Positions 40,325-52,649 of a DNA stretch of 64,000 bases are shown in pieces. The position numbers and the translations under genes were made by a program. Origin of the DNA: Octopus vulgaris (Eukaryota); the NCBI GenBank assembly GCA_951406725.2, contig OX597835.1:1488001-1552000 (forward strand), given 5' to 3'. The notes beneath the pieces were generated by a model. The model did not search any database. It was not told where the DNA came from and saw only the letters and a list, made by a program, of their open reading frames with translations. The first letter of the stretch is position 1. Each line of letters begins with the position of its first letter.

Positions 40325-41325
40325 TCATCATCATCATTGTTTAACGTCTGTTTTCCATGCTGGCATGGGTTGGATGGTTTGACTGAGGTCTGGAGAGCCA
40401 GAGGCTGCACCAGGCTCCAATCTGATCTGGCAATGTTTCTACAGCTGGATTCCCTTTCTAACGCCAACCACTCCAAGAGTGGGCACTTTTTATGTGCCAT
40501 CAGCACAGGAGCCAGTCAGGTTAACCTAGCATCGGTTACGTTTGGATAGTGTTTTTTCTTTGCCAAGGCACGTGAGCCAGTCAGGAGACCCTGGCCACAC
40601 TTGTGATTTTGGTTTTACTTGACTCAACAGGTCTTCTCAAGCATCAAGAGTACTCTTAAAAGGGCCGGACATTTAACACAAGCATCGGCCATGGCTGCAA
40701 TCTCACTTTAGTTTCTGGGTCTTCGCAATCACCGCATATCTCCAAAGGTCTCGGTCTCCTGTCTCTGCCTCTGTGAGGCCCAGTGTTTGAAGGTCATGCT
40801 TCACTGCCTCATCTCATGTTTGCCTGGGTCTATCTCTTCCACAGTTAGGGTGTGGCACTTCCTCACACGGCTATCCTCATCCATACTCGACACATGACCA
40901 AACCAGCACAGTCATCTCTCTTGCACACATTTGATGCTTCTTATGTCCAACTTTTCTCTCAGGGTGCTCACACCCTATTGTGTTTGTACACTGACAATAC
41001 ACATCCAGCAGATCATACTAACTTTATTTCTTTCAAGCCTACACATGGCCTCAGCAGTTACAGCCCATGTTTCACTGCTGTGTAGCACGGTAGTTCATAC
41101 ACATGCATCATACAGTCTACCTTTCATCCCGAGTGAGAGGTCCTTAGTTGCCAGCAAGGTAGGATCTCCTTGAACTTTGCCCAGGCTATTCTTATTCTAG
41201 CCACTACACTCTCAGAGCAACCATTCACACTACAGCCTTATTCACCTAAGTAGTGTAAGCTATCAACTACTTCTAATTTTTCCTCTTTGCATGTGATGGA
41301 ATCTGTTTCCTGTACATCTTCAGTA
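40325..41325 (-). mobile_element. RTE-clade LINE 3' portion, inverted relative to the 38712-40276 copy
   Basis: Reverse complement of the 39140-40276 sequence, starting with a (CAT)n tail at 40326. Confidence 0.85.
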
Positions 41326-41390
41326 AGTTTCAATACTTACTTCAGTAAGTATGAAAGAGGTTTCTTGTACATCTTCAGTATTCAATGTAG

Positions 41391-42340
41391 GTTATGGTCT
41401 AGTCACTCACATAGTTAACCAGGTGATACATTGGATGTACCAGGTGGTACACCCAATGATTGGTGTAGCAGCACCATAGTCAACTGCTACAAAGGTAAAG
41501 ATGATGCCTTAAATAGAAATAATTACAGAGGTATCAAATTGTTGGATCAGGTGATGAAAGTCATGGAGAGGGTCATAGCCCAACTAATTAGGGAGAGAAT
41601 CAGTCTAGATGGGATGCAGTTTGGTTCTGTGCCAGGGAGAAGCACCACTGATGCTTTATTTCTGGTAAGGCAGCTGCAGGAGAAATACCTAGCCAAAGAC
41701 AAACCTCTGTACTTGGCCTTTGTTGACATGGAGAAAGGCTTTGACAGGGTCCTCCAATCCCTTATCTGATGGTCAATACGGAAACTAGGGATAGACAAGT
41801 GGTTGGTGAGAGCTGTTCAAGCTATGTGCAGGGGTGCTACCAGTAAGATGTTGGTTGGCAATAAGTATAGCAAAGAATTCAGGTTACAAGGAGGGGTTTC
41901 ACCAAGGATCAGTCCTCAGTCCCCACCCTGCTCTTGTTCATCATAGTCCTACAGGCAATAAGAGAGGAATTCAAGACAGGCTGCCCCTAAGAGCTCCTCT
42001 ATGACCTTGTTCTTATAGCTGAATCACTACCAGAACTAAAGAAGTTTTAGGTGTGGAAGCAAGGTCTAGAATTGAAAGGCAAAATCCTGAGTTTTAATAA
42101 GTAGGAAAGCAGACAAATCACAAATACCTCAGGTAGATGGCCCTGCTCGATCTGTAGGAAAGCCATAGGAAGAAATTCCATAAGATGTACCTGGCGTAAG
42201 CTACGGACACATAAGAAGTGCAGCAATATCAGAAGAGAGTTAACAGAAAAACTAGTTTTTGCACAGGTATGATTAACACTAAAATTGTACAGAAAATAGA
42301 CTCCAGCAAATGCTACTGGGGAAAACGAGAAGTAGTTAAT
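41391..42340 (+). mobile_element. RTE-clade LINE reverse transcriptase fragment
   Basis: PNDWCSSTIVNCYKGKDDALNRNNYRGIKLL...MQFGSVPGRSTTDALFLVRQLQEKY...AFVDMEKGFDRV, then HQGSVLSP. Disrupted. Confidence 0.9.
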
Positions 42341-42907
42341 ATACATATATAGGGAGAAGTACAAAAACTGGAGCAAACAGAAAATACAAACTTAGAATGT
42401 CACTAAATTCTCTTCAGTTACTGTCTTAAGGATTGCACCAATTTCATGCCTTTTACGATAATATTGCTCCCCTCTGGCAGTGTCAGCAATGACAAGCCGC
42501 TAGGAAATAACAAGAAAACAAACGAGGGAAATAATGAGAAAACAAACAACATGACAGAATGTGAACATACAAACAGAAAGGAAAATAGTTAAATATCATA
42601 CAAGCAACATAATACTCAAGATGAGATGAATAGCAAATGGACAACGGCTGAGGATTGGCATCATGCCTTGAAACTTGGAGTACCAAGGAATTTGAATCAA
42701 ACTGTTTTGATCTATCATCATCATCATCATCATCATCATCATTAATGTCCGCTTTCCATGCTAGCATGGGTTGGACGGTTCAACTGGGGTCTGGGGAGCC
42801 CGAAGGCTGCACCAGGCCAGTCAGATCTGGCAGTGTTTCTACAGCTGGATGCCCTTCCTAACGCCAACCACTCCGAGAGTGTAGTGGGTGATTTTATGCA
42901 TACATAT

Positions 42908-43037
42908 ATATTGTTATATTTCGGAATGGTCATATAGTGTGTTTTTATTGGCTAAACTGGCAAAATGACCATTCCGAAATATAATAATATCTGTTTCAAC
43001 ACACGACTTCACATAAAAAATCTTGCACAACAAATAT
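42908..43037. mobile_element. Penelope-like repeat fragment with short inverted start
   Basis: TATTGTTATATTTCGGAATGGTCAT is followed by its complement ATGACCATTCCGAAATATAATAATA. Same family as 13198-13462. Confidence 0.55.
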
Positions 43038-44526
43038 ATAAACGTACATACATACATACATATATATATGTGTATATATATATATCATCATTATCATTTA
43101 ATGTCCACTGTTCATGCTGGCATTGGTTGGACAGTTTGACCAGAGCTGGCAAGTTGGGGAGCTGCACCAGACTCCAGTCCTCAAGTCTGATTTGACATGG
43201 TTTTCTATAGCTGGACGAGGCCCTTCCTAATGCCAACCACTTTACAGAGTGTACTGGGTGCTTTTATGGCCACTGCACAGGCTCTCTTATGCCATGTTGC
43301 ATGGGTGCTTACATGGAGCTGCATTGGTGTTTTATGTAGTGCCACTCAGGCACTTTTCATGACACTGCTATGAGTGCTTTTTAAGTGGCACTGACCCAGG
43401 ACTCTTGCAGGTCAATCCCTAACACTTCTGCCATGGAGAACAGGTCTTCTTGAGTACAGCAAGGCACCAAGTATCTTCTCCCTTTCAACTCAATATTTAC
43501 ATTATGTTATTTATAGCTTTATGTGCTTCAAGGTCAACTGTTCCAATAAAGGTAAGTGTTTCTTGATAACTTTCATTCACTGTTTCAAAATACATTCAAG
43601 CAACAGTTACTTCAAGAGGAAACAAGCTTTGGGTTACCCTGTGTAACACGATTTTTGTCCTTGGGGAGCAACTGTTATTTCCTGTTTACTTCCTCCCAGA
43701 AAATATGGAAAATGCTAATATTTCTTTCAAACTTCATTTTTCTTACATTTATTCAAACTCCACAGAATCCCTCTCAGCACATGGCTTTGATGCTCCTCTA
43801 CTATTCCTGCTCATGATCAAAGATGCACATATTGTCAGCCACCGAGGGACATGCTCAAGTGGTTAAGGTCAAGCAACTGACAAACAAATCTGTGGTTTTG
43901 AGCTGAATATTTGCTATTATGATATTCCTGCTTCAACAACTCAGAGCTGAATCTGTCTGAAATAGAAAATAGGTCAGTTTCTAAATATTGATATGCAGGT
44001 CACAAAAACAAAGTTTGAAGAGAGTAGTAGTCATTTTGTTTGATTTTTGAATAGGAGCAAATAGGAAATAACATTTATTGACTAAAGACAAAAAAAAAAC
44101 CTTTTAATTTTGTTACACAGGGCTATCAGCTGAAAAAGCAGAAATGGGAAATTCAGTGTTGTGGAAATTACGAGCCTTTCAGTTATACTCTACTAAGGAA
44201 TACTCCGCATTTTCCTAAGGAGTTCTATAATTTATCACATCTAAGTGAATCAATTGCCATGTGGTTAAAAAGCTTGCTTCTGAATCATGTAGTTCCATGT
44301 TCAGACCCACTGTTTGGCACTTTGGGCAAGTGTCCTCTAATATAGTCCCAGTCAAAGCCCTGCGAGTGGATATGGTAGACTGAAACTGAAAAAAGGCCCA
44401 TCATGTGTGTGTGTGTGTGTGAGTACAGGTGTGCATGCAGGTAAGTTTGTGTTGCCTTGTCTTGACATTGCAAACCAGTATCACCATCATACAAAGGAGT
44501 TTTTCGTCTTCAATATTTTGTGAATA

Positions 44527-45930
44527 TGTAGCAAGGGCCATCAAGGCTAAAGGGAACAGGGCAGAGTTATATTCCCTCGTTCGGTTGTCAGTAGGTGGCG
44601 CTTTGATGCTACTTCTGCTAGAGAGGTATAAGATCCCTTGTTGAATATCCAGTCTTTCTCTTTTTCTGTTTCCCCTTCTGGGCAGGCAGCTTATGACTGC
44701 CCACACAGCTAGGACCGCTAGCTCTCTTTTATTCCTGGCCATGACAACTACCACGCTATGTAGCTAGAACAATGCTCACTCTCTATTCTTCCAGCATGAA
44801 CCTTTAACCCTCAATGACTACTGGCTTAATTACTAGCCACACCGACTGACTAAATTCACTAATGAGGGAACAAACAGTTTGTATACCTTTGTTACACATA
44901 ACCTTGTCTGAATGTTGTTTGTTACATACACATACACACAACACTAAACAAATGAACCAGACTAATGCCTGATTCTATCCTAAAATGCTGAGCCCAACAT
45001 GCAAATATTCACGTGGAATATTCTCTCAAAGAGAAATTTGTGTGGAGTTGACATGTGCCTGATTCTTCTTCCTCACTGTTTCTAAGACGGCCTACTTGAA
45101 ATGGCATATTTTTCTTCTTCGTGCCTATCCTTATCCAACATTTCCTGTACCCAGGAGCAACATGCAGCATTCTTCTATTCCCATTTTTAGCGGTAATGTC
45201 TATCTCTGGTTTGCTCAGGAAGAAGCTTACTTTGTGGTGAGCAATATTCAGTCCAGCCGGCAGCAACTAAACATTTTACTCAACACCATTCCTTTTGCTT
45301 TAGCCATTCAACTCAAAGACCTGATTACTGATACACTACACAACATGACTTATTCATCTATAAAGTGCAAAGTACTTCGTAGGACGTCTCTTTCCACAAA
45401 GCACCATTTTCAGACTCTTATCAATGACGAATATTTGGGAAACAGAAGACTGACAGAATTTCATTGTCGCATCTGGGACCTACGTGATGTAGCTCCAGAA
45501 GACAGTTCCCTGCTTAAGCAGCCCTTTTTCCTGTGCTTACCCCCACAAGTTCAGGCAATTTTGGTGCCCATTGTCAACGGAAGTTCGGTGGAACAGATTG
45601 CTAATTTGGCTGATAAGATTATGAAATTCTCAAGAAATTCGCTTGCGGCCGACAGAATCGTTGTTGTGTCTTCTCCATTGATGGCTACATCTCCTACAGA
45701 CTGCATCTCTACTCAGTCAGCAACTTTAGAAGCCATTTTAAATCTGACCAAGCAAGTCAAGAGGTTGTGTCCATCCCAAAGTTTCCAGCATCACAGTTAT
45801 TCAACCAGTCATAGCCAGAGTTCTTTGTTGCACGCCTTGCCACATGATTTTTGTTGGTATCATGACTGTTTTTTTGCAAAGGCATGGAAATACCTTCCAC
45901 CATGTTCGTATGTGTGCCAGGAAGATACAA
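44527..45930 (+). mobile_element. Ty3/Gypsy LTR retrotransposon remnant (gag with probable decayed 5' LTR)
   Basis: ORF 45096-45980 has PIFSGNVYLWFAQEEAYF, QLKDLI, YSSIKCKVLRRTSLS, LGNRR, LKQPFFLCLPPQVQAIL, LADKIM and CWYH..F..KAWK..PPCS, typical of invertebrate Gypsy gag. No pol follows. The LTR boundary is uncertain. Confidence 0.75.
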
Positions 45931-46019
45931 AAGAAGATATAAACAAATATTACAGGCATCCCCCCATATACACACACTAAATAAACATAGACGCACATAG
46001 AGATATACGCATGCACAAA

Positions 46020-46265
46020 TGAAGACATACAATAGAAATACAAAACGGCTGACGGTTAGTAAGGAGAGACACAAATAAGAAAGAAGAGAAGAAAACAAAG
46101 GACCACTGATGCGGTCACAGGAGTGTGACGAAAGAACTCTGGCTGAAATAAGATTAAGATTAATGTAAAAAATAAATAACACTGAAGCAAAATAACACCA
46201 AATATATAGTGCGTGTGTTTTTATTGGCTAAATTGGCAATATGTATATTCCGAAATATAACAATA
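46020..46265 (+). mobile_element. Penelope-like terminal repeat fragment
   Basis: Shares GAAAGAACTCTGG...TAAGATTAAGATTAATG...CACCAAATATATAGTGCGTGTGTTTTTATTGGCTAAA with 13320-13462, and carries a hammerhead-like motif. Confidence 0.55.
46100..46144 (+). ncRNA. Putative minimal type I hammerhead ribozyme (variant core)
   Basis: CCA-CTGATGCG-GTCACA(GGAG)TGTGAC-GAAA-GAAC-TC-TGG: stem I CCA/TGG, 6-bp stem II, GAAA and a UC cleavage site in the right order. The core has CG where canonical CUGANGA has A. Confidence 0.45.
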
Positions 46266-47374
46266 TATATATATACGTATGTATGTATATATTATATATA
46301 TATATATTAAATGAAGAAAACTGCTTATTAATTAGTTATAAGTATATAATTTTTACTGAAAGAAGGCAATTATTAAATTCTACTTTCTGTAGAAAATTCT
46401 TTAAGATTCCAATTATGATATATCTTTATCAAAATGTGATTTGAAGTCTCTTCTATTATAGAAGATTTCAGCTGCATGATTCAGTCCATAAACTAATTTT
46501 AATTCACCACAAGATAGCATAATTTAAAATCCTGTACTGCAAGAGAACTTTTTTTTTGAATGTGCTTTCTCTAACAGTTGCCATCTTTTTTTTTCTATTC
46601 TCCTTAGTCTTTCTCTTTCTCTATCTTTATAACATTTTCCTTCTCAGTTTTATCCTTACTTTCTTTCTCTGCATCACTGTCCCTCTTTTACTCAACTCCC
46701 GCTATTCAGTTGCTTACATTAAAAATAAGGGATTACAAAGATTTTCTTTGTGACACTTTAAGAAAATTTTTATACCATATCTATTTATCTTATCATTACA
46801 TTCTTTGTATTTCCAGTTCTATTCTTCTATACACAAATGTATAAACCATGGTCTTTTGAATAGTTTCTGTGACTAAATCATCAACTTTGCATTTGTTGTG
46901 TAGTACCATATTGATTTCTTTTAGCATATTGATTACAATACAGGAACACAATATACATTCTGTGCTATTTGTTTCCACATTAGAATTTCTCAACTCAACA
47001 TGTATTGATAAATAACCACCCAGAGGGCAGTGTTTTACTAGTACATATATATGTATGCATAATAAGGCATATATATATAGAGAGAACTATAATCATTATA
47101 CATACATATAAATACACTTACACAGATATATGCTTATATTTATACTCACATATATATTACACACACACACACACACACATTGTCAACTTTGTCTGCTGAA
47201 ATAATTGAGAAAATTATTTTCTCCTTCCACTTACAGTACAATACATAGTTATGCGTTGCATCTGGAATCATCTAAGATTTGCCCTATAAATATGCTTCTT
47301 CTTCTTCTTCTCATTATTGTTGTTGTTGTTATTATTATTATTACTACTACTACTACTACTATTATTATTATTAT

Positions 47375-47928
47375 GTGAGAGAGCAGTGCATACCATCAAA
47401 GTGACACTGGGGTAAGCTATACGAAGCCCAGTATACCTATCATGACTACCCGTCTGATAAGGGTACACCAGGCACATGCATTAAAACCATATGTGCACCA
47501 CATGGTGATCTCATATCAAGATTAACAACATCTGACCTTGCAGGTGGGATGCAGTTAGAATTTTCTTCAGGTTAAGTAGTCTATCCTACTCAAAAGGTCC
47601 CTGAATAAGGGTTGTTTAAGGATGTTGAATGAAACACCCATGTTTCCAGTGGTGAGTTATCCAAACCCCAAAGAATTCCTCTCAACACATGGCTATGATG
47701 CTCCCCCACTACTTCTGCTCGTGATCAGAAATGCACATATCATCAGCCACTAAGGAACATACTCAACTGGTTAAGGTCAAACAACTGACAAGCAAATCTG
47801 TGGTATTGAGCAGAATATTTGCTGTAGCCCATCTTTTATACCAATACAAAACAATGTACCTGATAACACTTCCAATCAGTTAAGATCAGAAGCCATGAGA
47901 GCCACAGCCTGGTACTGCATCAGGGCAT
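47375..47928 (-). mobile_element. Non-coding (TAA)n-associated repeat, longest copy
   Basis: Embedded in (TTA)n on both sides and closely similar to 16992-17455 and 60701-61061. Confidence 0.8.
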
Positions 47929-48633
47929 TTATTATTATTATTATTATTATTACTATTATTATTATTATTATTATCATCTTTATTGTTTCTATTTCATTTG
48001 CCAGACTTCTAGTTTGCTCTTTCTGTTTGGTTTGATGGCAAAATAGCATCCCTTTTCAATTAATAACTCATTTTAACAGGGAGAATTTTCACTTTAGAAT
48101 TATTAAAAATATTTCTTTTTTTTTTCCACATTTTTTAATAAAAAAACAAAACAACTTCTAATAAAGAAAAAAGTACAATACAAAAGCATTAGCATTTTTA
48201 TTTTTGTAAATTGTGAGAAAAAGAAGCAAAGAACATCTTCCTTTCTAAAACTTTCTTAATTGCCTTCATAGACATCTACTTTGAGGACTACGCTAAAGCA
48301 ACAGGCTTTTATCATTTGTCTTTTGTCTTTTGTCTCAAAGCAATATCAACTGAAATGATCACTTGAGGAAAAGAAAAATGGACGATGGTTGTGTGTGAGC
48401 AATGAGAGACAGAAAAAGAGAAAGAGGATGAGAGAGAGAGAGATAGAAAACAGTTAAGTGGAAGAAAAAGGGAATTAGAGAAGGATGGGGGAAGAAAACA
48501 GTATGGTTATTCAAAATGATTCATTGAGGAATCATTCTAATACAAACACTTTGAAAGATAATGAAAGTTATTCTAAACACACCGACATCAGTTGTCAAAC
48601 AATGGTGTGTGTGTGTGGGGGGGGGTGTGACAA

Positions 48634-48687
<54 letters not shown>

Positions 48688-50204
48688 GATGGGCTTTTTT
48701 CAGTTTCCGTCTACCAAATCCACTCACAAGGCTTTGGTCGGTCTGATGCTATAGAAGAAGACACTTGCCCAAGGTGCCACGCAAAAAAGAAAAATATAAA
48801 CACACTAACACTGGTGGGGGGCAAACACAAACTCAAAGACACACATACACGTACACACACACACACATACATGTACACACACACACACACACATTTATGA
48901 TTGTTTTTTTTTTTCAGCTTCAATCTACCAAATCCACTCACAAGGCTTTGGTTGACCTGAGGCTATAGTAGAGGACTGAACCCAGAACCATGTGGTTGGG
49001 AAGCAAGCTTCTTATCCCACAGCCATGCCTAAACTTACTTATTGTTGTCAGATTTAATTTCTGTCTTTGTCAATATTACGAAACAAGAAAAAAAGTGTTT
49101 ATTTAGAAAGTGAGAGAATCGACATACAACAAATATCTGGGGTACAGACATTGTAAACGAACTAAACATACAAGACTGAAAGGAGCTGAATTCAGAGGAA
49201 CATTAACAATGATTATCAAATTACAGTTTGTTTGTTTTTTTCTCTTCTTTTGGCTCAGTATTTCTCTGTTGTGTACACTGGGAGGGGAAAACATACACAG
49301 ATTAGCTTAATATTGGTAATAGAACAGCAAAATGAAAACAGAATTATTACTGAGACATTAGCTTTCACTGCTGTAAGCAGGACCATTAAGAAATGAAACT
49401 CCATTTCTGTTTGCTTGGCATCGCATGCAGAAAACCATTATTCAGTTGATATTAAGCACAATGCATTAAGTAAATGTAATGAAAACTGCATCTGAGAGAC
49501 TAATCAAGAAATACTCCCAACAGTTGCTGGTTCTCCATAAAGCTGTAGAGAAAACCATAATGGAACATTGCTGCTGCTATGTGCCACATGAACATCTGAG
49601 GATTATGTAGAAGAAGACTATCTGGTCAAATGACATGAGTTCATTTGCCAACACACTTCAAACTGTAGCTCCCCATACATGCTGTCTCCTTTCTCATTGA
49701 AACTAACTCACTCTGAGAAGTCTTTGTTCCTCTCAACAAATGACTTCAATACCATCTTCATCTAAGTCCACTTGTCATCCATGCCTGCTTTCTACCTCAG
49801 GCCCTGAACAAACATGGAGGGTCGTTAGATCAGAACAAGAGGAAAATAGAATGCTGGGAGAAATATTTTCTTTGAAAAGAGAAAATATAGAAGAGGAAGA
49901 AAGAAAATGTCCAGTCCTTAGAACATTGTGCACGAAAAGAAAGATGAGCACGTGAGGAAAAGAAAAATGGACGATGGTTGTGTGTGAGCAATGAGAGACA
50001 GAAAAAGAGAAAGAGGAGGAGAGAGAGATAGAAAACAGTTAAGGGGAAGAAAAGGGGAATTAGAGAAGGATGGAGGAAGAAAACAGTAGGGTTATTCAAA
50101 AAGAATGAGCCAATTTCATAACACAATGTTTTAATAAGGAAAAGCAATAGAAAACTCCAGCTAAGTCAGAAGTATTTACTCACAATCAACTTTTATTTCT
50201 TGTC

Positions 50205-50310
50205 TTACAAATGTTCAATGTGGCCACCACCACCTGCAGCACAGGCAACAACAATGCAATAAAAGAATTCCTCCCAGATGTGTGTCAGCATATCATGATC
50301 CACTAATTTG
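50205..50310 (-). mobile_element. Tc1/mariner transposase C-terminal remnant
   Basis: Minus strand translates DHDMLTHIWEEFFYCIVVACAAGGGHIEHL*, the typical GGH(F/I)EHL ending. Confidence 0.6.
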
Positions 50311-50399
50311 ATCATTGTTTCCAGAAAGGGAAATTGAAGATATCATATTTAGTGGTGTTAGATGTTGACACAGTTATAAAAGAATTTGAGCAAGAATAA

Positions 50400-50760
50400 T
50401 CTTGCAAATACTTCTGAATAAATGAGAGCTCTGGCATTCACTATGCAAGCATGAAAGAGAAGGTCAAGAAGGAATGTTACAGCAGAGTTCAAGCAGTCCT
50501 AAAATCTGGTGTTAGCCATAAATCCCTTTGTGGTTCCAGTTCTTATAGTTTCAAAGTGTTGAACTAGAACATCAGCAAAATAAGGAAAATTGACCAGAAA
50601 ATCCGTAAGCTGCTGACTTGCAATAAGACAGACACAGATCATCTTTACCTTCTCAGAGCTCAAGGAAGTTGAGGTTTGATCCAAGTTGAAATCTCTTACA
50701 AAACCACTACAATTGGACTGGCTAAATATCTTGAAACATCTAACAACTGGATTCTAAAAC
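50400..50760 (+). mobile_element. Dong/R4 LINE fragment
   Basis: Broken frames give INESSGIHYASMKEKVKKECYSRVQAVLKS, IRKIDQKIRKLL, DHLYLLRAQGS.GLIQVE and TTIGLAKYL. Confidence 0.65.
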
Positions 50761-51814
50761 TTTGTCTCTCCAAAGATGGAATACCCAACTTTCAGAGTCT
50801 TCACTTGATATGATGCACCAATAACTGGGATATCTCAGAAACAGGGATCAGAGACTATTTTTTACCATTCATTATGTAGCCAAATTTAGATTGAATTAAT
50901 GAACTTGAAAGTCCTTGTCATATCTTGCCTAATTGTCTGCCTTTCCTTACTACTTTAACCTACACCTACTGACTCAAAGGGAAGCCACCTTTAGCCGTTT
51001 TGAACAAGACAATCACAACCATAACTTCAACGGCTGCTCAAACTAGAACTTTGGTGGCACACTTATTTGAGCCCTCACAACACATACCTATAAGTTTTGA
51101 GTCACCCTGAAGAAAACTCCTCATATCCCCACCTCTCTCTCTATATATATATATACATATAAATATATGTGGAGGCACGTATCTTAGTGGTTAGGGTGTC
51201 AGCATCATGATCGTAAGATTGTGGTTTCGATTCCTGGACTGGACAACGCATTGTGTTCTTGAGCAAAACACTTCATTTCACATTGCTCCAGTCCACTCAG
51301 CTGGCAAAAATGAGTAACACTGCGATGGACTGGTGTCCCATCCAGTTGGGGAACACATACGCCATAGAAACCGGGCCCATGAGCCTGGCTAGGCTTTAAA
51401 AGGGCGCATTTATTTATTTTATTATATATATATATATATACGTGTATAGTTTACTTTTCCATTAAGGTAAGATCAACAAAAAAAGTACTCCATCTGGTGA
51501 GAGATAAATATTGTTTAATGCACCAGTATATAGTTATGTACAATAAAAAGTTTCATACTTTGAAGATATTATCTGTGCAGGTTTAAGGCATTGAGCTGGC
51601 AGAATCGTTAGCACGCTGAACAAAATGCTTTGCAGTATTTCACCTCCAGCAATATTGTGAGTTCAAATTCCGCTGAGGTTGACTTTGCCTTTCATCCTTT
51701 TGGAGGTTGATAAATCAAGTACCAGTAAAACAACAGGGTCAATGTAATTGATTATCCCCCTCCTGCAAATTTCAGGCCTTGACCCTATTGTAGAAAGGAT
51801 TATCTAAGTAGGTA

Positions 51815-51916
51815 TTTAAAACATACCTGGTGTCTCCGAGTAATCTTCAGGCTCTGGGCATATGGCCATGTACCCAGAGCCTGAAGATTACTTGGAGACA
51901 CTAGGTGTGGTTTAAA
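51815..51916. repeat. 102-bp near-perfect palindrome
   Basis: 51-bp arms around a GG|CC centre at 51865/51866, with 6 mismatches by my count. Confidence 0.9.
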
Positions 51917-52401
51917 ATCTGCATAGATATCTTCAATGTTTTTGCTCAGTGTGCTAACGATTCTGACAGCCCCCCCCCTTCACAGATTCTAAATATTGGT
52001 TTGTTGACAGTGTCAAACAGTGTTGCTTGCAGCTCACTACAAAAACACGCTTGGACTTCTTGACATGTCTTAATTTGTTTCACAATCTTTGTACACAAAA
52101 GGCTCGTTCAGACAGCATCATTTATTTCCAGTTCTCCAGGCTGTTTGTTGTTCAATTGACAAGAAGATTTATTACTTTACTTGGACACGAAGCAGGACTG
52201 ACATCAGGGAAAGCATCCAGCTGTAGAAAACTCTACCGCAACATACTCTTGTCTGATCCATAAGGTCAGAAAATTGACCGGTTCTTACTTTATGGACTCT
52301 GGAAGGTTGAAAAACAAAGGTGACCTAAAGAGGAATTTGAATCCAGAAAACAAATATCAAAACCAATAAACAAAACAAGACTTTAATTTAAAGAATTAGG
52401 T

Positions 52402-52598
52402 TTAAGATTTGGTTTCTGTTTTCTGTAGAACTAAGATGGTGTTCCAGCTTCCGCAGTAAATATCAAGCTGCTCTGGCTGGCATTTTAAGGAAGGAAGATG
52501 TTGATCTTGTACATAAGTGAGACGGTCTCTGTTATAACAATCTCCCAGACCCAATTGACCATAACCATTCCAGCCACAAGTAAATAATTTACAGCTAT
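52402..52598 (-). CDS. RCCD1: RCC1 domain-containing protein 1-like, last coding exon
   Basis: Acceptor CTTCTTTCAG|AT (phase 1). NSCKLFTCGWNGYGQLGLGDCYNRDRLTYV...DIYCGSWNTILVLQKTETKS* matches the RCCD1 C-terminal repeat (WG.GKYGQLG...CG.WNT). Not in the ORF track. Confidence 0.88.
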
Positions 52599-52649
52599 CT
52601 GAAAGAAGAGAATGGACGATGTAGATGGCATCTCACAAGAAATAATGAT

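Noticed and set aside
46796-46993. Non-repeat-looking minus ORF MRNSNVETNSTECILC...
   Set aside because: No recognisable domain or flanking splice pair.
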